Part shown: one piece after another, positions 40,555 to 51,669 of the stretch | Numbering within the stretch: the first letter of the stretch is position 1 | Layout: the number at the start of each line of letters is the position of its first letter | Assembly: GCA_964016885.1 (NCBI GenBank) | Contig: OZ024761.1 | Coordinates: forward strand, 10,540,001 to 10,604,000 | Direction of reading: 5' to 3' | DNA: 64,000 nt | Source: Eledone cirrhosa | Taxonomy: Eukaryota | Made by a program: the position numbers and the translations under genes | The notes under the pieces: generated by a model | Told to the model about the DNA's origin: nothing | Seen by the model: only the letters and a program-made list of their open reading frames with translations | Databases searched by the model: none

Positions 40555-42360
40555 ATACCTCACAACAGCAGACATACCACACAACAACAGACATACCTCA
40601 CAACAGCAGACATACCACACAACAACAGACATACCTCACAACAGCAGACATACCTCACAACAGCAGACATACCTCACAACAGCAGATATACCACACAGCA
40701 ACAGACATACCACACAACAGCAGACATACCTCACAACAGCAGACATACCTCACAACAGCAGGCATACCACACAACAACAGACACCTCACAACAGCAGACA
40801 TACCTCACAACAGCAGACATACCTCACAACAGCAGACATACCTCACAACAGCAGGCATACCACACAACAACAGACATACCTCACAACAGTAGACATACCT
40901 CACAACAGCAGACATACCTCACAACAGCAGACATACCTCACAACAGCAGACATACCTCACAACAGCAGACATACCTCACAACAGCAGACATATCTCACAA
41001 CAACAGACATACCTCACAACAGCAGACATACCTCACAACAGCAGACATACCTCACAACAGCAGACATACCTCACAACAGCAGACATACCACACAACAGAC
41101 ATACCACACAACAACAGACATACCACACAACAGCAGACATACCACACAACAGCAGACATACCTCACAACAGCAGACATACCTCACAACAGCAGACATACC
41201 TCACAACAGCAGACATACCTCACAACAGCAGACATACCTCACAACAGCAGACATACCACACAACAGCAGACATACCACACAACAGCAGACATACCTCACA
41301 ACAGCAGACATCCCTCACAACAGCAGACATACCTCACAACAGCAGACATATCTCACAACAGCAGACATACCACACAACAACAGACATACCTCACAACAGC
41401 AGACATACCTCACAACAGCAGACATACCTCACAACAACAGACATACCTCACAACATCAGACACCACACAACAACAGACATACCTCACAACAGCAGACACC
41501 ACACAACAACAGACATACCTCACAACAGCAGACATACCTCACAACAGCAGACATACCTCACAACAGCAGACATACCTCACAACAGCAGACATACCACACA
41601 ACAGCAGACATACCACACAACAACAGACATAACTCACAACAACAGACATACCTCACAACAGCAGACATACCACACAACAGCAGACATACCTCACAACAGC
41701 AGACATACCACACAACAGCAGACATACCTCACAACAACAGACATACCTCACAACAGCAGACATATCTCACAACAGCAGACATACCACACAACAACAAACA
41801 TACCTCACAACAGACATACCACACAACAGACATACCACACAACAGCAGACATACCTCACAACAGCAGACATACCTCACAACAGCAGACATACCACACAAC
41901 AACAGACATACCTCACAACAACAGACATACCACACAACAACAGACATACCTCACAACAGCAGACATACCACACAACAGCAGACATATCTCACAACAGCAG
42001 ACATACCACACAACAACAGACATACCTCACAACAGCAGACATACCTCACAACAACAGACATACCTCACAACAGCAGACATACCACACAACAGCAGACATA
42101 CACACAACCACAGACATACCTCACAACCACAGACATACCTCACAACAGCAGACATACCACACAACAGCAGACATACCTCACAACAGCAGACATACCACAC
42201 AACCACAGACATACCTCACAACAGCAGACATACCTCACAACAGCAGACATACTTCACAACAGCAGACATACCTCACAACAACAGACATACTACACAACAA
42301 CAGACATACCTCACAACAGCAGTCATACCTCACAACAGCAGACATACCTCACAACCACAC
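40555..42360. repeat. 19-bp minisatellite, about 95 copies
   Basis: Unit cctcacaacagcagacata. It explains the 632-aa ORF with a 19-aa period. Confidence 0.96.
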
Positions 42361-42415
42361 TCACAAAACCATACGATCACACTCCCCAATATAACCATAT
42401 CATCACACTCACCCT

Positions 42416-43049
42416 TTTAATTACAGGTGCTAATGGCAATAGTGTTGATATAATATGTACCTATGTTTAATTACAGGTGCTAATGGCGATAGTGTTGATA
42501 TAGTGTATACCTATATTTAATTACAGGTGCTAATGGCGATAGTGTTGATATAGTGTATACCTATATTTAATTACAGGTGCTAATGGCGATAGTGTTGATA
42601 TAGTGTATACCTATGATTAATTACAGGTGCTAATGGCAATAGTGTTGATATAGTGTATACCTATGTTTAATTACAGGTGCTAATGGCAATAGTGTTGATA
42701 TAATATGTACCTATGTTTAATTACAGGTGCTAATGGCGATAGTGTTGATATAATATGTACCTATGTTTAATTACAGGTGCTAATGGCAATAGTGTTGATA
42801 TAATATGTACCTATGTTTAATTACAGGTGCTAATGGCGATAGTGTTGATATAATATGTACCTATGTTTAATTACAGGTGCTAATGGCGATAGTGTTGATA
42901 TAATATGTACCTATGTTTAATTACAGGTGCTAATGGCAATAGTGTTGATATAATGTATACCTATGTTTAATTACAGGTGCTAATGGCGATAGTGTTGATA
43001 TAATATGTACCTATGTTTAATTACAGGTGCTAATGGCGATAGTGTTGAT
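42416..43049 (+). repeat. 50-bp tandem array with 13 copies of the exon E splice acceptor
   Basis: The unit ttacaggtgctaatggcRatagtgttgatataRtRtRtacctatRtttaa starts every 50 nt from 42421 to 43021. Confidence 0.97.
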
Positions 43050-43308
43050 CTGCTGCCATCTCCAAGTGTGGCTACATGGACGTCAAGCTTACCGACAGAC
43101 GACGGCAACGAAAGCGATCAAATCTTTGCATTTGACGGCCAGACTAACGCAGTCGAAGTACCAGATGGCCATCTCAACCATTCTCTTACCAGTCACTTTA
43201 CCATTTCTACCTGGATGAAGCGAGAACACAATTCCAAGAGGTTCGGTGGACAATCTTCACCTAACAAGGCACGAAAAGAACACATTCTCTGTATGTCTGA
43301 TGGAGAAC
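43027..43308 (+). CDS. CLSTN: Calsyntenin exon E, start of LNS/laminin-G domain
   Basis: Acceptor ttacag (last unit of a 50-bp array), donor C|gtaagt, 282 nt. Encodes GANGDSVDLLPSP...IFAFDG...FTISTWMK...KEHILCMSDGE. Confidence 0.94.
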
Positions 43309-43833
43309 GTAAGTGGCACTTTTTTATTTTGAGGGGTTTAGGGTTTCTGTTTGGTGGTGGTTTGGGGAACATCATCATCATCGTTTAACGTCCATCTTCC
43401 ACGCTTGCATGGGTTTGGTTTTAGGGATTAGGGTTTATTTTTGGATTTGGGGGATTTTTTTTTTTTTTTAGGGGTTAAAGGGTTTTTGCCAGTGGTTTGA
43501 GGATTGGGGAACTTTTTCGGATATTTTAGGATTTGGGGATATCTTTCATCTATTAATTTTTTTTTGTAGGATTCACAGAATCAATACCTTTCCAAACACA
43601 CTGCATTCTTTATCTTTTGTTTCCTCTCTCTCTCTCTCTCTCTCAACTTTGCCTGTCATCCTTCTAGGGTTTCATCCTTATGAGGTCAATAAATAAAGTA
43701 CCAATAATGCACTGGGGTCGATTTAACCAACTTCCCTTCCCCCAAAATTGTTGGCCTTTTGCCTACATCAGAAACCATTATTATTTGTTTTTTCTCTTCT
43801 TCCTCCTTATCATCATCATCATCATCATCACAG

Positions 43834-44015
43834 ATTTGAATAGACATCATTACGGACTGTTTGTTCACGGAGATAAATTGGTGTTTCTGCTGAGACGGGA
43901 AGCTGCCGAAGGGGAGAACATGGAAGCTTTCAGCCCTGCTGAGTGGAGGTGGCAATTAGCTCAGATTAATGACGGAGAATGGCATCACTATGCATTGAGT
44001 GTTGACTACCCAGAG
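43834..44015 (+). CDS. CLSTN: Calsyntenin exon F (LNS)
   Basis: Acceptor atcacag, donor GAG|gtaagg. Encodes HLNRHHYGLFVHGDKLVFLLRRE...PAEWRWQL...WHHYALSVDYPE. Confidence 0.95.
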
Positions 44016-44348
44016 GTAAGGTTTCAATTCATGGTGTTGGTGAAGGGCTCCATTGACTGTTGACCACCCAGAACTAGGGTTTTAACCCCCCATGGTGTCG
44101 AAGTGCAGTATTGGGTACTGACTACCCAGAAATAGGGTTTTAACCCCTCATAGTGTCGATGAAGGGCAGTATTGGGTATTGACTAACCAGAGCTAAGGTT
44201 TTAACCCCTGATGGTGTCAGTGAAGGGCACCATATGTAGTGCTGACTACTCAGAGCTAGGGTTTGAAGCCCTCATGGTGTTGGTGTCAATGACGAATAGT
44301 ATTAAATATTGACTAGCCAGAAATAAGGTTTAACTTTCTGACGGTGTC
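43992..44348 (+). repeat. Degenerate array of about 60-bp units (6) spanning the exon F donor
   Basis: Recurring tgactacccagaR-NNaRggttt...atggtgt. Confidence 0.85.
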
Positions 44349-44758
44349 GGTTGGAGACGGTTGCTTTTGACAAGAGCCACTGGAAGGAGTGTTTGAGGAC
44401 TCTGCCCCTATGACCCTCTCAGGAATAAGTGGGCAAAGAAGAAGTGTTCTGACTATGATTGTACTGGTCTCTTTATTTTTTTAATTAGCCTTTTTGTATA
44501 GTGTATACTGGACCAGACCCAATAAGAGGAGGGTTTTCAGCCAATACATTGGTCTGGGTGCCTGAAAGACATTTAGGGAGGGACTCGTGAATCTCAAATG
44601 CCTCATCCTGAAAATAAAAAAATAAAACCTTGGTTCCCTTGAATTTTGAAATAATTATCAGATATATTAATTAACCAATTATATTTCTCTTATATATTAA
44701 TTTCTTTTATATATTCTCTTATATATTAATTAATCAATTATATTTCTTGTTATTTTAG

Positions 44759-44888
44759 GTTCGCTTATATATTGATGGTAAAGTTGTTGTCCCCTCAAAC
44801 CATGATTTTGAAGTAGTTGATGACTGGCCTCTCCATAGAACCAGGAAAGTCCATTTTACAGAACTGGTTGTTGGAGCTTGTTGGCAAG
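44759..44888 (+). CDS. CLSTN: Calsyntenin exon G (LNS)
   Basis: Acceptor tattttag, donor G|gtgaga. Encodes VRLYIDGK...DDWPLHRTRKVHFTELVVGACWQG. The supplied ORF track does not show this frame. Confidence 0.94.
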
Positions 44889-45352
44889 GTGAGACATGTT
44901 GGTTGGTCTTTTTTTTTTTTTTTTTTTGCAATGGGTGGGGGTGGGGTTCATCATGATTATCTTACAGAGCTTCATCATCATCATCATTATATCATCACCT
45001 TATTCTTCATCATCTTCATTTAATGTCCCCTTTCCCTGCTACTAAGTGTTGGATGGGTCTTAAAACACAGACACACTCACAGACATACATTCACACACAC
45101 AAACACATACACTCACACACAGTGTAGCAAATGGATCACCAGCCGCTGTTTTGCTATAGATTTTTTACCACCCCCTTTCTTCCTTTTACATGCACATACA
45201 TTCATACAAACACACACACACATTGTGTGATGGAAGGACGGATAGACGGAAGTCACTCAAATTTATATATAGATTAAAAAGAGAAAAAAAGTTATTTGGG
45301 CTATTTATTTTTAAATTTTATTAAAATTATTGTGATTTTCTTTAAATTCTAG

Positions 45353-45507
45353 GAAGTACCAAGAAATTTGACCACTTTTTCCGAGGTTACCTTGCAGAAC
45401 TTTCTATTTTGCGTGACAAAACAGAGAGTGAAAGAGTGATTAAGTGTCTGGTTAACTGCAAGGAATACCTGGATTTCCACGCCCTCAACAAGATGGAGAG
45501 CGGAACG
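45353..45507 (+). CDS. CLSTN: Calsyntenin exon H
   Basis: Acceptor ttctag, donor ACG|gtaact. Encodes GSTKKFDHFFRGYLAELSIL...ESERVIKCLVNCKEYLDF. Confidence 0.93.
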
Positions 45508-45567
45508 GTAACTACCAGATTCTTCCTACTTTCCCTTCATTTTCATACCACAGACAAGGACCAACCC

Positions 45568-45598
<31 letters not shown>

Positions 45599-47097
45599 TT
45601 AAAGTCTGTATTCTCTGCTAGTAAAGGTTGGACAGGTTGTCACTGTCCAAGTCAGTACTTGATTGGAGCTACTGACCTCCCAGATAGGTTAATAGCCACA
45701 CCTCACTTGCACACATTCCTGCACATTACAGAGGACACCTGGTGCATTCTAATATGGCACCAGGGCTAGTGGGTTATCATGTCTTTGGCACAACCGAAGA
45801 GTCTTCTTGACCCTTTATTTAGCAAACTTTCTATGGCTGGATGCCCTTACTATCACCAACCATTTTACAGTGCGCTAGGTGTGTTTTATCATCTCACCTC
45901 CTCTAGAGATTTTGTTGTGTTCTTCATACAACTGAAGGGTCCTCTCAACCCTTTTATGGCATGGTTTCTTGAACTAGATGCCCTTCCTATTACCTACCAC
46001 CATACAGAGTATACTAGGTTAATTTTTGTAGCACTATAACTGACTATCAGCAACAGAAAGACCAATGGAAACAGATGCTTTGGACTGACCTAACAATTGG
46101 TTTCTTTCTTCTGTGAGGAGGTTTGACCAGCTCACAATATCAGCAATGGAAACATGGAGTCCTTGATTCAATCTGATGATTAGTTACTTATTTCTGAGTA
46201 GGATGAAAAGAAAAATTAACCCCAGCGAACCTAACTAAGACTCATGAGATTTTCATACATTTGTTGCCAGGTTGTCTCCCTTGTCTACGCCACTTCACAG
46301 TTGTCTCCCTTATGTGATGTATTACATGGTTATCTCCCTTGCAATTTCTACAATGCTGTGTCAAGGGAAACAATTCATAAAGATTACTAGTGTGCTAAAG
46401 GTTAAATCGACCACACAAATGATATACTTGTAACTGTGTAAAGTGTGTGATGTAAACATTCTGGTGTGTTTATTTTTGTGACTTACCAATGTATGCAGTG
46501 TGTTACTCTGCCCTAGATGTCGGGAATGCACTGGGCAAGAAATGGAAACAAGACTGAAGGAAGAGGAAAAACACAAATAATTATGATGATGATGATGATA
46601 AAAAATATTTATTATTTACAATTTTTGAAAAATGTAATAAAATAAAAAGAATTTTTATGTGTGTGTGTGTATATATATATATATATAAATTTTTTAATGA
46701 ATAATTTGCTCCACATGGAATTAATTTAACACAATAGAAATTCATATAAATGCTTTTTTGCAAAAATAATTTTTTTAAAGAAATATTATATGTACAGTTT
46801 ATTATAATAAATTGCCATATTTTGAGCTGATATAACTTTCCAATTTTTATATTTAAAAACAAATTTCTTTATATATATATATATATGTGTGTGTGTATAT
46901 ATATATATACACACACACACATACATACACACACATATATATACACATATATATATATACATACATATATATATACATATATATGATTCCAGTTCCTCAG
47001 TGAAATAACAACCCAACCAGGAACTGGGCATATCAGAGTATTGACAATATTATACACCTCAACAACATATGTACTTGTCTATACCACACTAATTCGG

Positions 47098-47152
47098 ACT
47101 GCCTGAAGAGGTCACAGCCAAAGATGGCTGTCACTGAAATATATATAGCAGT
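47098..47152 (+). ncRNA. Type I hammerhead-ribozyme-like motif (Penelope/retrozyme type)
   Basis: ACTGC-CTGAAGA-GGTCACAGCCA(AAGA)TGGCTGTCACT-GAAA-TATATA-TA-GCAGT. Stem I has 5 bp, stem II has 11 bp with one mismatch, stem III is palindromic, and AATAAA follows. Confidence 0.68.
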
Positions 47153-47229
47153 AATAAACGAAGCTAAATTTTAAACATTTGACTTTTTATTTAACTTTAT
47201 TATATATATATATATATACACATACATAC

Positions 47230-47262
<33 letters not shown>

Positions 47263-47700
47263 AACGTTTGTATATGTATAATAAAGCCAAAACAATGCAG
47301 GTATGGACATAGAATAAAGAATGCAAATGCAAAAGATATTGTTGACAATTAGTCTTTTACCTTAGATTTATTTAAATGTCCTTAATTTTCGAGATAATAC
47401 CTTCTCTTCTTCGGAGGGAAGTAAAGCGGTTAAACCAGTGTTCTAAATAGCTTGCCAAGTCATGCTGACAGGAAATGGTATAGGGTATCTGTTCTATCTC
47501 TAATGTCAAAGAGTTAACGTTAGGTGGATAAAGAGTAGTCTCCCTTTTTTTGTACATGCCTGTTTAAGTGTGTGGGAGAATGCATGAAGGTGTAAGTATG
47601 TGAGTGTGAGAAGATATGTCTATATGTAAATGTGGAGGATAGATGTTATCTCGTGTTAGAACTGGTCTTTGTGTGTGTGTGAGAGAGAGAGAATAAGTGC

Positions 47701-47745
<45 letters not shown>

Positions 47746-47914
47746 CATATACATATATATATATATGTATATATATATAATCAGTTCCCGTATGAGCAAG
47801 ACAAGGTCACCTGTCCTAACATTACCCACAACAGGACAACCCATCTAACCCATGCTAGCATGAAAGAATGGACATAAAACGGTGATGATGATATCTATTT
47901 ATTCCATTTTGCAG

Positions 47915-48066
47915 TCTGTGAGCTTCAACAGTGAAATGACAGAATTTAGTATAATGGGTAAGAATATCACTGAAGTTGAAAGTTTAATCCGAGAAGTGTC
48001 ATATGTTAATGCCAGACACTACCCCACTCCAGGAAGACGTGCACTCAAGATGGAGACGGTTGTAGA
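47915..48066 (+). CDS. CLSTN: Calsyntenin exon I
   Basis: Acceptor ttttgcag, donor GA|gtatgt. Encodes SVSFNSEMTEFSIMG...VSYVNARHYPTPGRRALKMET. Confidence 0.94.
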
Positions 48067-48990
48067 GTATGTATTCTTTTTTGTTTTCTATGTTACTTTT
48101 GTGAAAGGAGGAGGGTTAAAATTTTTCTACTCTCCTGTGACAATATTTTGTCATGTCACCATCACAACCAGCACCACATTATAGGGCAGACTGGGTGCTT
48201 GTGTCACCAACCTAGCCACTCCACAGGGCGGATCAGATGCTTTCTGTTGTGCTACCAATACGACCACCTCACAGAGAGGCCCTGGTGCTTATTTGCCCTG
48301 TCACCAGCACTATCACCTTGCAGGCAGGGAGAGTTAGGTGCTCTTTTGTCATGTCACCAACCTGAATACCTTACCCAGGGTCAAGGGGCTTTTGTTGTGT
48401 CACCAGTATGACTCCCTTACAGGATGGACTGAGAGCTTTTAGTCATTTCAGCAGCATTGTAGGAGAGTGTTGATATGTGTATATATATATATATATATAT
48501 AGGAAACACGGTAAAAAGGCTCCCAGTCCACACTGAAAAATGTGGTTAGTGTTAGGAAGGGCATCCAGCCATAGAAAACATGCCAGGTACAGTCCTATAC
48601 GAGCGAGATGATCACCTGATCAATCTTGCCTCAGGGGGGACAATTCCCGTCTAACCCATGCTAGCGTGGAAGATAGACATTAAACAATGATGATGATGAT
48701 GATGTATATGTATATATATATATATAAATACTCCTGGAATTACCTTCATTGTACCCATGGTCGATCACCACAGAAACACTGTAAAGTGATTCACATGTCG
48801 AGTCAAAAACCACTACATGTTGACACAGACTTTGATTTCCCCTAACAAAATCCAATCACTACAATTATTTCTCTCTCCCTCTCTCTCTCTATATATATAT
48901 ATGAGAGTGTGTGTGTGCAGGAATATATGAGAGATAGCTCCCAGCCCATTTGAGACTGAGAGGCCAGTAGCTTTAATTAAATACCGATGT

Positions 48991-49299
48991 GGTTAGAGCA
49001 TTGGCCTTGCAATGGAAAGGTTGTGAGTTCAATTCTCAGACTGGGTGATGTGTTGTTTCCTTGAGCAAGACACTTTATTTCACATTGCTCCAGTTTACTC
49101 AGCTGTAGAAATGAGATGATAGGGACTTGGGTCCCTATCATTCCACTGTAAAGTGGATGTGGAGGCGCCACGAAAAAAAAGCACCCAGCACTCACTGTAA
49201 ATGAGGTTGGTGTTAGGAAGGGCATCCAGCTGTAGAAATCAAGCCAGAATCGGTTCCCGTCCCGCCCTTGCTAGCAGGGAAAAGCGGACGTAAAATGAG
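48991..49299 (+). mobile_element. Same SINE family, flanked by a 58-bp direct repeat
   Basis: Colinear with 56778-57157. Direct repeats at 48933-48990 and 49300-49357. Confidence 0.88.
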
Positions 49300-49401
49300 G
49301 ATAGCTCCCAGCCCATTTGAGACTGAGAGGCCAGTAGCTTTAATTAAATACTGATGTTAAATGATGATAGTTATTAAAAAGAGTAACCTGTTTGTTTCCA
49401 G

Positions 49402-49709
49402 GTGCCAAGGTGTTGATGGAGAGAGTAGCCACTCCCCTCTGTCAGGTGTTTCTCCAGTCGACATTGATATTATTGTAATGCACCCCATGAGACCAATCAT
49501 TACTGTCCAGGGACTTTCCAACTTGACCCTCACCCCGAGCCAGCTGAAGATTGGACAGAGGATATTCGGCAATGTTGAGATCTCGGTCAGCCAAGCTGAA
49601 GATGAGGATGAAGAGGATGATGAAGATGATGACGACGATGATGATGATGAAGAGGATATGAGAAGTGAAGATGGTAACGATGACAAACTGAATGGTGTCT
49701 TCCCTGATG
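49402..49709 (+). CDS. CLSTN: Calsyntenin exon J, containing a poly-acidic tract
   Basis: Acceptor tttccag, donor G|gtaact. A same-phase alternative donor gtaacg lies at 49674. Encodes CQGVDG...IIVMHPMRPIITVQG...IFGNVEISV...[20 protein letters not shown]. Confidence 0.86.
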
Positions 49710-50225
49710 GTAACTTATGTTCTCTTCTTGTTTGGTTGCTGTTGTTGTTGTTTAACCCTAGGTCAGCCATGATCATGCAGAGTTTATGATCAAAAGTATC
49801 TTTTTAGTTGTTTCATACAACCATTTTTAACCAGGTTGCTATCAAGAGAGTTTATTTAACCCTTTAGCATTTATACTGGTCATATCCAGCCAGAATTCTC
49901 TCACCCCTTTCTGTTCAAACCAGCCGTAACCTGCTGCTCATACCGATGTTAAGGTATTGTTCTCAGAATAAATAATATCAAAATCTCATAGATTAGATAT
50001 TATGTGAGATAAAGCCTTTACTATGGAAATACAATAGTATATATATAGAGTAATGTAAATGCTAAAGGGTTTAACAGGAACCCTTAAAATAGATGATTTT
50101 GTTTCATAGAACCAAAACCAGAGCCAGTTTAGGCTGGGTTTATAATAAATGTTAAAATGCTTGTTGTTGATGTTGTTTAAGTAATTTATTGAAGTATTTC
50201 TCTTTATTTGTTGTGTTATCTGCAG

Positions 50226-50390
50226 CTGGTTTATTCAAGCCCCAAAGGAAAGAGTTCCTTCTGGACAGCTGTACAGTAACTGCTGAACCAATCCTTGATT
50301 TACATAAGGAAGTTCTCCTCACTCCTCATGATTTGATCCAGAGTCTCAAATTGGAGAGTAGCTTAGTTAATAAACGATTGCTGATTAAAA
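50226..50390 (+). CDS. CLSTN: Calsyntenin exon K
   Basis: Acceptor tctgcag, donor A|gtaagt, 165 nt. Encodes AGLFKPQRKEFLLDSCTVTAEPILDLHKEVL...LLIK. Confidence 0.9.
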
Positions 50391-50634
50391 GTAAGTACAA
50401 GTATAAGGTCTCTCTTTTTCTTGGTTCTGTTGTTACATCGCCCACATATCTCTGTCTATCACACTCTCTTGCTCACCCTTTCCGTCTCTCCCCCTTCACC
50501 ATCTCTCTCTTTCCTCTGTCTCTCTCTCCCTCTCTCCCTTCTCCATCTCTCTCACTCTCTCATCCTCAACATCTTTCTCACCCTCACTCTCTCACACCCA
50601 CCCACTCTCTCACACTCCCTCTCCTTCTCTACAG

Positions 50635-50780
50635 ATGCTGACAAAGTCCGGGACTATATCACAGTGTTGAAAGAAATACGCTATGTCCACAAAGAAGGCA
50701 ATTCGCTAGGAAGTCGATACTTTGAACTGGTCTGTTCCTCTCAGAACGGAAGATTCCAGAGCAAACCTGTCAAAATTAAG
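50635..50780 (+). CDS. CLSTN: Calsyntenin exon L
   Basis: Acceptor ctctacag, donor AAG|gtaaca. Encodes NADKVRDYITVLKEIRY...RYFELVCSSQNGRFQS. Confidence 0.93.
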
Positions 50781-51334
50781 GTAACAAATCTTTTAAATAA
50801 ATTATTTTCTCTTCTTTGTTTTAAACCAGCTGTATCCAGCCAGAATTCTCTCACCTCTTTCTGTTCAAACCAGCCGTAACTGGCCGCTCATACTGACATT
50901 AAAGTATTGTTCTCAAAATGAATAATATCAAAATCTCATAGATTCGATATTTGAGGTAAAGTATTTACTGTGAAAATATAATAGTATATATATAGAGTAA
51001 TGTAAATACTAAAGGGTTAAACTGGTTGTATCCAGCCAGAATTCTCTCACTTCTTTCTGTTCAAATCGGCTGTAACTGGCCGCTCATACTTATGTTAAGC
51101 TATTGTTCTCAAAATGAATAATATCAAAATCTCGTATATTCGATATTATGTGAGATAAAGCCTTTACCACAAATATACAGTAGTAAATATAGAGTAATGT
51201 AAATGCTAAAGGGTTATATATAACACCTAACATTAGTGTCACTTAACATGTTGTTATGTCATAGTTTTGTTGTGTCAGCTAACATATTGCTGTTGTTAAT
51301 GTCAGCTAAGCCAGTGTTTTTTTCTTCTATTTAG

Positions 51335-51467
51335 ATCATGGCTATACATGATGAAGAACCTGAAACTAAAATACATGCTCATGCCCAGCGTATAGCAGAA
51401 GTACCATTTAAGGACAATGAGATACATATGCTTGACAACATGAAAACAAATATTTCTAGTACTCCAA
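51335..51467 (+). CDS. CLSTN: Calsyntenin exon M, juxtamembrane stalk
   Basis: Acceptor tatttag, donor A|gtatgt. Encodes IMAIHDEEPETKIHAHAQ...NISSTP. Phases 0 to 1 fit both neighbours. Confidence 0.86.
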
Positions 51468-51622
51468 GTATGTTGATCTCTCTTTCTCCCTCTCTCCCTC
51501 CCTCCCTCTCTTTATACATACATTACTCACACACACAGTTTATTTTGATTAGATTTTATTCTACTTTATTTCTTAGTAGAAATATATGTGTATACATTTA
51601 TGTATGTATGTGTGTGTTTGTG

Positions 51623-51669
<47 letters not shown>

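Noticed and set aside
40522-42420. 632-aa ORF
   Set aside because: Read-through of a stop-free 19-bp minisatellite inside an intron. The peptide has a 19-aa period and no domain features.
42416-43049. CRISPR-like regular repeat array
   Set aside because: The units are contiguous with no unique spacers, there are no cas genes, the context is a eukaryotic intron, and the unit is a duplicated splice junction.
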